In this document: positions 35,337 to 47,616 of the stretch, one piece after another
How positions within the stretch are numbered: position 1 is the stretch's first letter
Layout of the letters: every line of letters starts with the position of its first letter
Source: Spirogloea muscicola
Lineage: Eukaryota
Reading direction: 5' to 3'
DNA length: 64,000 nt
Assembly: GCA_009602725.1 (NCBI GenBank)
Contig: WELB01000030.1
Location: forward strand, 564,447 to 628,446
Made by a program: the position numbers and the translations under genes
The notes under the pieces: model-generated
The model's input: only the letters and a program-made list of their open reading frames with translations
What the model was told of the DNA's origin: nothing
Databases searched by the model: none

Positions 35337-38300
35337 CTATCCCTTGTGGTACAGGAAAGCAAAGCCCAGGATGAAGAAACCCACCATCTGAATGGGCAAT
35401 CAACAAGGGGTGCAGAGCAGCCAATCAGATATTGAAGCTGTCAGCTCTTGAAGCTGCCAGCGCTTGAAGCTATTGGCAAAGACAGTGATACCTACTTGCA
35501 GTTTACTCATTCGATTGTCATATATTCATGCTGGAATAAGAGCTTCTTACCATAGAAAAAACTGCTGCATAATAAGGATAAGCTGAGCCAATGAAGCGCT
35601 CATATTCATCATGCCTGTATGGCCTCACAGGAATCTGCATCACCATGACACATTTGCATTATTGGCCAGACAGCCCATGCTGGGTGTGAAACACCACAAC
35701 AGACCTAGGACTCAAATCCTGCTTGACAAAGACCTCTTGTGAGCCCCAAAAGCATCTGATCAGGTTCTTCATGTGGGTCAGTGCCTCAGTCTGCTGAGCA
35801 AGTCATGGGCAGAGTGACCAGCAACTCGCCAAGCTCCAGCGTGATTTGGCAAATGCCTCACGTCTTCATAATTTCATGCAAAGGTGTGTGCTTGATGTAG
35901 AATTCACAGTATAGTTCACAAGAGGACCTCTGAAGTAACTCATAACCCTACACCCTATGACCCTACACCCTATGACCCTACACAAGTGGGAGCTCTATTT
36001 ATACAATACCTGCTTGCTCAGCTGAAGGGACGTGTAGCCAAGCCGTCGGTAATCAACTTTGAATTGGAACACTCCGTACACATCAGGAATCTGAAACTGC
36101 ACCGAGTATCTTCCCTGCGAGAAGTCATGGGCAAACTACAGGACCTGAGCATGGCAAATCAGCTGCATTGCTTTCTATGACAGGAAAGCAAGGAGTAAGC
36201 ATATAATGTTGGCACATTTTACGCAGGACTTGCAATGTCTTCTGGATTCTGCTAAGCATCCCAGTCACTTAAGCATTTCTGCAGACTGCACAAACGAGAT
36301 TGCTGCCCCACTGACCCACGTTCTTGGCAGCCTCTGCTTGACCAGCACCTGAGGTGGGAGTGCTGATGTAATACAAGAATATGCCTTACCTTCTCATCGT
36401 GAGTGAGGCCTTTTAGTACATAGGGACTCATCATGTAAAACTGCAGCTGGACGTCATCAGCTTTGTAAGGTTGCCATGTCTTCCCACTCCACTCGTATAT
36501 CTCGACAGCATATTCCTGCCATTAACGCGCAAAGAGTGGAGGACATGCCCCAGCTCCACACTGGAGTGAGTAAATGGACTTGCAGTTCCATTTGGATTTT
36601 TTCTTGTGCAATGTAGATGATGAACCAGAAGCATGAAGCAATCAATTGCCATGTTAATGGCATGCCATGTCAGTATGGAGTCAGGCGAGCCTAAAAATAC
36701 AAGCACGTCTACCACTAAACCAGATACTTTGCAAGCATCTACATACATGAGTGGACTCAAATAAGAAGACAAGAGACGCAGACGCACAGCTTGGTCTTTG
36801 ATCCTGTACACTGATGGTTCCCCAGGCACTTCGACTTTTCTGTGCGTCACATTGACTGCCTGTTGTTGCAATCCATTGACAGCAAGTTGAGGCATCAGCT
36901 GTTGTAGACAAAGCATGTCTACCTTGTGTAAGATGCACAGGCTATCAGGACACTTAGTGTTGATACTCAGGACACAATGGGACTCACAGCGAGGTTGCAG
37001 CTAACAGCAGCAAAAAGAGCTCTTAATACACAATTCGACAAAGTTAAATACTAACAAACTGAGCATACTGAATACAGAGCTGTCAACCACAACGTGTTTC
37101 TAGCTTGCCAGAATTGGGAGCAATTGGGAGCCAACATGAACTATGTATTACAAATAAACATGGTCATAGGAAACCCAGGTTTCAAACCTTCAGATGACCT
37201 CGTTCATGCAGTGTCCACTTGGTAAGCTCAACACAGAATTGCTCATTTCCTGGCCTCCGATATCTGCATGTCAATTGCTCAAGAATGCTAGTATGCTTGA
37301 GGGGCTGAGGTACTGCATAGCAACTGAATGTCAAGATTGTAATAAGGTCACACAGAGAGGTGTAAGAGAGACGCCTGCTTGGCTTGATAATGTCTAAGTG
37401 CACAGTGTATATGCAATGATGCTGACAATGCCACTGTGTAACCAGTCAAAGACACACAGCGTGGTTCGCAATGATGCTGACAACAATGAGCCTACCTTTC
37501 TGATTCATTTGGAAGCTCCACGGGCATCCTGAAGAACCTGTTGAACATACCAGGTGCTTTAGCATCAACACGAAGGGAGGAAAAGAGTGAATCACGTCCT
37601 TGCTTCTCCTTGAGGAGGTCAGGCAAGCACTTTATCTGATTACGAAGTCCTGGGCGTCAGCGTGTCAGTGTTGACAATCTGCTCTCAGCTCCTTGGAGAA
37701 CGCTGACAGACAACTTGCTCTTCATGTGGTAGCACTCTTCTTGAGAAGACAACTTGACGAGCTAAGAAGCTGACAGTAAGCTTCTGCATTGAGCCCCACA
37801 TTGAGTGAGAAGAACAGCATCACGAAGTGCAAGCAGAAGTGGATGAGAAGAGACATACTTGTTACTGAAGAGGTCCAAGGAGCCAGACACAAGCACTCGG
37901 GCATTATTCCTCGCCTGCACTAACATCCATACATATTCAGTATGGTCTGGCCTCTCAGCATGTCTCGTTTGTGTCAGTGAATGACTATGTGGTCACACAC
38001 AGGGTCGTCAGCAATAGCTGGCATTTGACCAGGCCTTTCTCGTCTAGAAGCTACTCGGAGTTGGAGCCGTGGAGGGGCAACTTCAGACCTGCATGACAGT
38101 GACAAGGGCAATGGCGGTTCCTTGCATGGGTGGAGGACTGAAAAGGGTTGCTCCAGGGGCGCCGGTATATGCTGTAGCAGAAGCCGACAAGACAGTGACC
38201 ACCTGGATATCCAAAGAATGTGATGAACGTAAGTGAACCAGCCAGAGCAACTCAACAGTAGTGGACAAGGACAGTTGCTGCTTGGCATCATGCGATACTC

Positions 38301-40006
38301 AGTAGCCTCAATGCAGTAGCCTCAATGCAGAAGCACTGACCAGATCTGTAGAAGGGATGACAGATAGTCCAACTCCTCGATATAGGACTGGTGCCTGCAA
38401 GGATGGTAGGTATCAAGCTTGAGGTTCAAACAAGCACCGGCAAGTCTGAGGGTCACTCAAGCAGCATAACCTGTGTGCTCCTGCAGGAACGGACCAGCAT
38501 TCCCGCAGAGAATATGCAGAACGGCCAATGCTTTACTTTACAGTCAAAGGTGGCAACCATTATCAGCACCTGAAGTGCATCAGATCCTAGAAGGATGGTG
38601 GAGTTGACCAAGCTGCTGCTGGCAACAATTGCATGGTCTGTGTCCAAGCTTGTGACAACATAGTTTTGGTGGTCGATCACAAGGGCATCACTGTCCTGCA
38701 CAATGTGATAGCAAGCAGCAAGTCATGAACCCCTCATTACACCACTATTACTACGCTCAACTGCATTCAAGCATCTTAGCGTCTGTCAGGTCACTCAATC
38801 GCAAAGTTGACAATTGCTTGGTAAATTTCGTCAAAGTGTGCTACCACCATCAACTCAGCTGTTCTGCAACTTGCAGCTCACGTGCTACCACCGTCAACTC
38901 GCCTGTTCCATAATTTGCAGCTCACAAGCAATGCAATTTGCATATACTTGTGAGAAGCCTTTCAGAGCTCAAACCTCGTCAATGTCAACACCACATTCAG
39001 TGGCAATGTCACGTATGAGGTCCGAAGGACCCAAGTCCGCAGCCAGGACAAGATCGTGACCAGAATCTATGAAGTCCAGTATTGCAGCTAGGCTCATTGA
39101 GCCTCCAAAACCTGCACCAAGAACAAGTGGACGAAAGCCAAGTCAACCACTGTTCATAGCGATGACGCCTGTCTAGATTCAGCTTCTTGTCATGGGATGC
39201 CAAAATCTCTTCACTGAATGATATACAGGGACAACTATTCACAGCAGCAGACCCACACATGTCACCGTGTTATGCTGTGAGTACGACGAGGTCCTACAGA
39301 AGCCAAGCAAGTAGAATGTCAGATCTTAGATCAATTTGGGCAAGGAAGCATCTCACTCTCAGCCTTGGGTGCAAAGATGATGGCTGCATCATATAGATAC
39401 TGGCCATACTTCTGCAAGGCCAACGAGGAATCATCGGCCAGCTTGAAGTCCAGCGTGTACCCTCGACCTGCACAAGACGTCTCTTGTAGTGACTGCGAGG
39501 CACGTGCTTGACTCATCCTCTAGTGCTACATTTGCTTGCTTGATCTCCCAGCTTGTGATGCTGTCCAGCGTGCAGTGGAGCTACCGGTCTCACTGATGAG
39601 GAAGTCGAGCCGAAAACAGGCGCGTGACGATTTGAGACAATGTGCCGGAAGGAGTAAGTTTCTATCCCGCTCCATATATACAAGAGAGCATCAGCTCAAG
39701 AGCTGGCTGAGACTGCAAGCTCTCAGGAATGATGAGGCTCCTTGCTGCGCTGCAGGCTGCGTCATGGAGCAGCTTGAGAGCGGGTTGCTATGACGCGGTC
39801 ATTGAGGCGAGAACGGAGCAATGGCCAAGCTGAGTCTCACCGGCGAGGGCTCGGAAGTAGACGGAGTGCGACGACTTGGTTTTGAGGCTGTCCAGCAGCA
39901 CGAGGACGTGGCGGTCGCCGGGCTGCTCCTCGGAGAAGGCTGCGCAGCGGGCCGCGGCGCCGAGGCAGACGGCGAGCGCCAGCGCCAGCGCCACCCGCGC
40001 GCGCAT
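35337..40006 (-). CDS. OST48: Oligosaccharyltransferase 48 kDa subunit (OST48/DDOST/WBP1/DGL1), multi-exon
   Basis: A signal peptide is followed by exons [144 protein letters not shown] and [16 protein letters not shown]. Confidence 0.95.
35941..35983 (+). repeat. 15-bp tandem repeat (tatgaccctacaccc) x about 3 in an OST48 intron
   Basis: Sequence reads cataaccctacaccc tatgaccctacaccc tatgaccctacac. Confidence 0.85.
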
Positions 40007-40317
40007 GTCGTTGGCTTTGACGGCGGCGGCGGCGGCGCGAGAGGCCAAGGACAGGCTTAACGGGGGGGCGCTGCCGGGTTTTTGCTGGCCTGGCTACGAG
40101 GGGCGAAGGCACCCCTCCGTAAAACTTGTCGACGGCGGCTAACGGCGGGTCCCAGCGCACAGCCCCAATCGAACCGGATGGCCGCAGGCCCGTTGAAAGA
40201 GCCATCAAGCGGCGCTTGTGGCTTACCGCAGCTTATCGGTGAGTTACCGGGGGGCAGGTGTCTGCCCCCGCTAATTCCTGGCCTCCGGCGAGGGACCTGG
40301 CCTGTGCTTGCCCCAGC

Positions 40318-43300
40318 ATGGACGACCGCCGGCCCGGGCCGCCGGGCGCGGCGGCGGCNTGCGCCAGCGGCGCAAAGCCGCCGCCGTCGCCGCCGTGCAC
40401 GACTCCGAGGAGGATGCCGTCGCGGCGCCGCGCCGGCCTCCTGGGCCGGCCCTGCCGCGACGGCGGCAGCGCCGCGCCAAGAAGCCCGGTGCCCCGCTGC
40501 TGCAGCGCCTCACTGTCGCTTCAAACGGCCACGCCTCTTCTGAGGTGAGGCAGGAGCGCCATCGCCGAAGGAGCCTGGCGTCTCCCTCAAGCAAGCTCTG
40601 CGAGACCTTACTTAGTGTCTGCTGCGACATCATCGCAGCTCAGCTTTCGATTGCTCGTGCTTCGTAGCCGACAATCTCGACCAGGTGTTGGCTGCGGCCA
40701 GCAGACTGTGAAGTAGTGAGCTGGGTTTTGCGAGCATGCCAGCAGGCCAGCCCGGCGAACGGTCTGAGGAGGTCCACGCGCAAACGGCGACGGCCACGCC
40801 GGCGCTACGAGTCTAATGACGACGAGTTCCTGGAGGACGAGGACGATGAAGAGGAGCAGGCCACGAAGACAGCTCAAGCAGCGGTTGCAGTTGAGGAGAA
40901 TGATGATGACGACGACGTTGACAGTGTCGGCCACAGTAAAGAGGAGAGAGAGGACAATGAAGTAGAGCCGGGACAGAACCTGCCGAACGGGAGCGCCGTA
41001 TTGGTGAGTCATGGCAGGGATTGCTGAAACAGCTCATCATTCAAATCAGTGAATACGCATGAGTGATGCTGCATACTGATGCTGCAATTCAGCTGCTGCA
41101 GGTGCCCAGAGAGGGGGAGGACGGTGCCCATCTGGCAGAGGATGGCAAGGACGAGGAGGCAATGGCCACATCGAGTCAGGAGGAGAAGGTGGCGGCTGTG
41201 GAGCTGGTGCCTCCGGTACTGCCAAGGAGAGAAGGGCTGAGACCGCGAAGGCAGGATGGCTTGATGAAGGAGAATGGTTCACAATATGCTGGGGAAGCCA
41301 AGCGCCGCAGGGCGTCCGACGAGGAAGGCGATGACGAGGGGGAGGGCGAGGAGGAGGATGAGGAGGATGAAGAGGAGGAGGAGGAGGAGGAGGAGGGGGA
41401 GGAGGGGAGGGAGGGCCCGAGGCGCTACGCGTTGCGAAACCGGACAGAAGTCCAGCGCTTCTCTCCGAGGCGCGAGCAGCGCCCGCCGCGGCAGCAGTCG
41501 CCCAGGAAGCTCTATCATCATAAACGGGGCAGCCGAGAGGAAAGGGGTGAGCGGGGAGGCAGGCGGAGGGATGGAGGCCGCTCGCATAAGCGCCACCGAG
41601 ACCTTCGAGACGATGACTCTGACGAGTCGCTGCTCCTCGATGATATCGGTCAAGGCAGCGTGTGGGGGCGGGCAGGCCGGAGCAGCGACCCTCCATGGTT
41701 GCCTGCGGGCTTCGACTCGCCATGGTGGGGCGGGGGTGGCGAGGTTGCACCAACAGGCGGCCATTCCGAGCTTGTGGCTGCAGGCGGTGCCAGCCTTGTC
41801 AAGGGCAAGGGCGGAGCAGACATCCAGCCGGTGCAGGTGGACGCCTCGGCAAGCTTTGACCAAGTCGGCGGCCTGGCGGCGCACATTGACGCCCTCAAGG
41901 AAATGGTGTTCTTCCCACTCCTTTATCCCTCCTTCTTTGCCAGCTACAAGATCACACCCCCACGCGGCGTGCTCCTCTGCGGCCCACCCGGCACGGGGAA
42001 GACGCTGGTGGCGCGTGCGCTTGCGGGGGCTGCTAGTAGGGCCGGGCGCAAGGTGACCTTCTTCATGCGCAAGGGCGCGGACGTTCTCAGCAAGTGGGTG
42101 GGAGAGGCTGAGCGCCAGCTGCGGCTCCTCTTTGAGGAGGCCGCGAGGTGTCAGCCATCCATCATCTTCTTTGACGAGATCGATGGCCTCGCCCCTGTGC
42201 GGTCCTCTCGTCAGGAGCAGATCCACAACTCCATCGTTTCCACACTTCTGGCATTGATGGACGGGCTTGATGCAAGGGGCCAGGTCGTGGTCATTGGTGC
42301 CACCAACAGGGTGGATGCCATTGACGGGGCGCTGCGCCGGCCAGGAAGGTTTGACAGAGAATTCTTCTTCCCCCTTCCGAATGCGAAGGCGAGGGAGGAC
42401 ATTCTTGCCATTCACACAAGGAACTGGCAGAATCCTCCTGCTTCAGCACTACGGAAGGAGCTGGCTGCATCTTGCGTTGGCTACTGTGGAGCAGATGTCA
42501 AGGCTCTCTGCACAGAGGCAGCCATCCGAGCATTTAGGCGTAGATATCCGCAGGTGTACCAGGTAGGCTCAGTGTGTGCTCATATGAAGTGTCAGCATTA
42601 TATGGAAGCATCTTGGTTGAGTCTTTGGTCGAGTCTTCACAAAGTCAACTTCACTATCTTGGATGGTTTAGATGAAGCTCATGCCTTTGCTTGACCTTAT
42701 AACAAGCTCTATCTTACAGAATGAGTCTGTTAATTGCCACAAGGTGTCATGCTGCCAGGTGATCATTAGTCTGCACCTGACTTGCGTCAATTCATAAGCT
42801 GGACAAAATAGCCAAATATCTCAGAGTACAGCTGTACATAACTGGCTCGTACTTTGCCACGTCCAGAATGACGAGCAATACGTCATCGACGTGGACTCCG
42901 TCAAGGTGGAGCGGAGGCACTTCCTTGAGGCCATGTCTGCTATCACGCCTGCAGCCCACCGTTCCGTGACGGTGTATGCAAGACCGTTGCCACCTCTGCT
43001 GTCCGCCTTGCTCAAGGGCCACCAAGATGCTGCCATGAGCTGTTTGAAAGACTCTTTCACGCCGCTTATGGAGCTTGAGAAGGAAGAAGGCGTGAACGAC
43101 GACGATGGGGAGGACGACGACGAGGACCCTGCGTACATTGCAAGCGTGCTCTCATCAAAAATGCAACCATCGTTCATTTACACGCCAAGGCCGCGTCTCC
43201 TTTTATGTGGCGAGCGCGGCGCTGGGCAGGTATACTCCTAACATGGCAAGTTGACCTTGCGAATTGATCCTTCGCTTTGCAGCTCCTACAGTGACCCTAT

Positions 43301-46300
43301 TATTACATGTGAAAAGCAATATCTTAATACAGTGGCGCATATATGCTTACCCAGCAATATACAGTGTCAGGACACAAGGCTTCAGGACAATATCATTGCA
43401 GCATTGTAGCCCAGGAGCACTAAGTGAGGGATGACTTTGGCTGCAGGAACACCTCGGCCCTGCTCTCCTCCATGAGCTCGAAAGGTACCCTGTTTATTCA
43501 CTAGGCCTCCCGTCCCTCCTAGCTGACCCTGGCGCCAAGTCCCCAGAAGAAGCACTGGTACACATTGTCGGCGAGGCTAGGAAGAATGTTCCGGCCATCC
43601 TCTTTCTTCCCCATCTCCCCCTCTGGTGGGACACGGTAAGGCCTTTGTCCCTATCTCGGTACCAACGTTGACCATGAGATCTTCAAAGGGTCCTACAGTC
43701 TTGAAACTTTGAAGGAATCGCAAAGTCAGTGCTTGTCTGGCTTTCCAACACACTTGGCCCCTGCTCTCTGTACAGGCCCATGACCAGCTGCGAGCGACGC
43801 TGGTGATGCTCCTAGCAGACCTTCCCGCGTGGCTTCCAATCCTGCTCCTTGGAACTGCCGAAGGAGGGCCCAACGACATTGACCCTGAAGCTTGTTCGAT
43901 CTTTGGCCGCCATTTGTAAATCCCCGTCCTGCAACCTGCAGCAGGAAGTTGCTTGCATGAACACAGTGCAGTCTGGCAAACTCACAATTGATCGTTTTGC
44001 AGGTAGACGAGATGAGCTTTTGCAACACTTGTTGTAGAGATAGGCTTTGGCCTACTGTTCTCCTGTGTGGGAATGTCTACTGCTTTTTGTGATTTGTACC
44101 ATCTGCATTGTGGCTCTTTCAGTAGCAACCCTTGACTGCCTTGCATTGATGCATCAGCAGGATCAAGTTACCAATTGTGCCTCATCCTTGCCTGTGTGTC
44201 TTGCTGTTTACAGGTACATACTCACACCGCCAACGATGAAGGAGAGGCTTCAGTTTTTCGCTCCACTTGTGGATGCCATTGCTACCTCGCCAAAGCTCGA
44301 GAAACATATGAAGAAGCCGCTGGCAGCGCTGGAGCCTTTGCCCAAGGTGCCTGTTGCGGAGGTTGGGCCCAGCGAGGCTGAGCTGAAAGCTAAGGCCGAG
44401 CTGGAGGGGCATGCCATGAGACGGCTGCGCATGTGCCTCCGGGATGTGTGTAACAGGTCAGAATCAGTTGCAATATTCCATTTGTCAATGGCTGTTATAC
44501 TCCTATGCCCAGCCTTGACCTTGGCACATCCTGCCCAGGCCTCCAGACATCCAGCTTGGGTAATCTGTCTTCTGAGCAACAAGGTGCTGAAGTCAGGACC
44601 TGTATTCGAGATCGCAGGGGCACTGGGGCCAGCTCACTGAGCATGTTGTCTTTTGCACCCCTGAAAACTCATGAATTGCCAGGTTGCTATATGAAAAGCG
44701 CTTTGCGGCCTTCCACTACCCATTACTGGATGACGAAGAAGAGCCAGGGAGGTCGGACAGGCAAGGCGGAGATGCTGGACCTGTTGTTGGGATGGATGTC
44801 ATCTCCCTCCTCCAGAAGGTGGACAATGGGTCGTACTGGTCTCGGTCCTCATTCCTGCAGGATGTTGAGCTTATTCTCACCAATGCTAAGGTATGGAGAG
44901 CAGGCTAGCTTGTGCTTAATAAAGAACAAGGACGCCAGTTGAATCATCCCAGCTGCTGACATGCAGCTCGGAGGACTTGACATTTTTGCTTCGACGTTAT
45001 ACTTTGCTGTTTTTGACAGTGCTTAGAAGCTCTAATAATCTCATCACCTCCATCCAGTAATGCAACCAGATGCTGCACTGCATGCTTAAGCCACTCAGTA
45101 TGCGCATGATTCCCTTTGCAGTTGTACTACGGCGAGGACTACCAGGGGGCCAAGTTTGTCAGCAAGGCTTGTGCTCTGCGGGATGCAGTAAGTTCACGCC
45201 TTCTGCTTTCTATAGCTTGTTCATTTGCCTCCAGTTAATAGCTTGGGCTCTATGTGTTGGTGTTCCTTAAGGAAGTAAGCGAGCTTGTCGATGATGCCAC
45301 AAAGCATCATCAATGAGGCCAGGCCACATTTCACTGTTATGCCGACAAGTGCGAGCAGCCACGACCTTGGGATGCCCCTTGCATCGTTTTCACAAGTCCC
45401 CCTCCCTTGACATTGAAGAGAGAGTGGCGCTGATATGCTGTCATGGGACGGGTTGACAGAGTTGTGAAAATTAGACGCTGCATACGTGCATACACAATTG
45501 CATAGAGGCATGTAGTATAAGTGGCGTAGTGGGGGTCTTGGGACATAGGTAGTCAGGACCCAGGGTGGTCAGAAGTGAAGGGGTTAAAGACAAGGAACAG
45601 GTGACATTTGTGAGCATGTCGTGCTTGCCCGCAGGTTTACAGCATGCTGTCGCAGATGGACCCCACCCTTGTGGCCTTCTGCGACGAGATCGCGTCAAGG
45701 GGAGGTCCATTCCTGTACCCTGAGCAGAGCAAGGAGGATGGCAAGGAGGCCAGCATTCTGGGGCAGAAGGATGGGAGAGGTGCCGCGCGCCCGGCGAGGG
45801 CCAGCGCTCGCTTACGCGGTGTGCAGGCGCAAGTGAATCTGCACCAAGCCCTGGAGCAGGTCACCAGAAAGTCAGCAAAGCGAGTTGGCGACCATGCGCA
45901 GCGCTGCCCCCCCTTCAGCAGTGAGTGCCTATTGCAGATTCTTGAAGCAATAGTGGTACAACTCTAAGGAAAGAGTTGCGAGCAGGCTCGAAAGTACACT
46001 TGTGGATGACTTTGGTGACCTTGGTGGCCTTCTCGTCACCAGTTCTGAGAGCAACTGTGATTATTACCTTGCAGTTGCCCGCCATGGCAGAGAAGGTGCG
46101 GAAGACAAGCAGGAGGCAACAGGCAGCGGCCGCACTCCTGCTACAGGCGACAATTGCAAGGACTCAGCAGTTAGCGCTGCCCCGATGTCTGCTGAAGGAG
46201 CAGCAACGGAGGGTCTGCGCAAGGATCCCTCAAACGGTCCTGCTGACATTGCGGGTGTAGGGGTACAAGCTGCCGCTGGGCAGGATCAGCCTGCGGGCCA

Positions 46301-46676
46301 AGACTACAGAGGAGCTGGCTCATGCGATGTTGCAGAAGCAGAAGCAGAAGCAATCGGGGGCCAAGTGGAGAGCAGGGAGGAGACAATGGCGGCCGAGTTG
46401 CTGGAGGACCCCTCGACTGCTGAGAAGGCCGCCGAGGAGCGAGCTCGGCTGGAACAGGAGCACCGCGCCAGGGGGGTTACGTGGGCGTCGGCGATGGCGA
46501 GGCGCACGGCGCACTCTTCAGTCGACCAGCTCTTGGCACTGCACGCTGCAGCCTGCCGAGTGTTGTACATGCACCGGAAGACCGTGGACAGAAGTCGAGT
46601 CCTGGACGCGCTCGAGGCCCTTGCCCTTGACGACTCCCTATTCCAGGCATCCGCTGGTGGGCCTGACGATGGCTGA
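40318..46676 (+). CDS. ATAD2/Yta7-family AAA ATPase with bromodomain (At1g05910/BRAT1-like)
   Basis: An acidic N-terminus precedes FDQVGGL..LKEMVFFPLLYP, GVLLCGPPGTGKT, FMRKGADVLSKWVGEAERQLRLLF, IIFFDEIDGLAPVRSSRQEQIHNSIVSTLLALMDGLD and RRPGRFDREF. A degenerate second AAA (PRPRLLLCGERGAGQEHLGPALLHELE) and a bromodomain exon at 44683-44890 follow. The start is uncertain because of the n at 40359. Confidence 0.93.
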
Positions 46677-47616
46677 AAGTTACTGCGGCCTACTCAGTGC
46701 TGCCTAGCTAGTTGGCTTTAGTTGCCGGCGTGAGCTTAATTAGTGCCTCGCCTCCCCCTTCTCTGCTATGACTTGTCACATTTTGTCAACGCAAGCGCAT
46801 GCTTAGTGCTGATTCTTGCTTCTCATCGACCCCACTCGACAATCTGTAGCAACTCAAACGTAAGAGAGGGCGAGTCCAATACATAGCCAAGTATCATAAC
46901 ACTTAGTCAGATGGACCAGGGCACTACTCCACCAATCTTCCCATAGTTTGCCCATGGCCTCCTTTGCCATTGGGACAAGAGAACCACAAATCCATCATCC
47001 CAGCGCAATGTATTAGCACACTTATTCTTTGGCATATGACACATTGTTGAAGCACAAGAGCAAGCAGGATAGACACACTAATTGGTAGTTATGAAAACAG
47101 GTAGTCACAGTTCATTATGGTAATAGGTGCCGCATGCCTGCTTAGAACACTAAGGGGGCACGTGTCTGTGGGTCCCAATTACACACAGATGTCAAATACT
47201 GAAGTATACAACCTGCAACACATTGGCAATATGGCCCTGCACTCACTCCACATCGAGGAGATCTGGGCCAGAGGAGCGACCAGCAGCCAGTAGCTGTGGC
47301 TAAAGGGCTACAGGGATACAAAACTCTGCGCAGAGGCAGTGGTGGTTTATCGAGTCATTCGTACTGTGGAGGTGAAGGTCTAAGTAATGTACATTGACAG
47401 GCCCCTCACATGAGTCACCTGCTACAACTCTGCTCAACGAAGCTCCAGTGAGGAGTCTACTTCAAAGATCTGGAGAACTGATCTGGAGATAACTGTATAT
47501 AATATATTTAAGATAGGCAGGCACTTCCTGTACTGAGCTTGACAATCTTGGCAAAGTGCTTCATAGTTCCTGCAGCAGCAATCTGTCAATCACCTCAATG
47601 CTTTGTTTGTGCGTCG

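Noticed and set aside
37413..38330. Short direct duplications (gcaatgatgctgacaa x2; cagtagcctcaatg x2) and C/D-box-like words
   Set aside because: These are local slippage products. They are antisense to the host gene and lack terminal stems or guide complementarity, so they were not called as snoRNAs.
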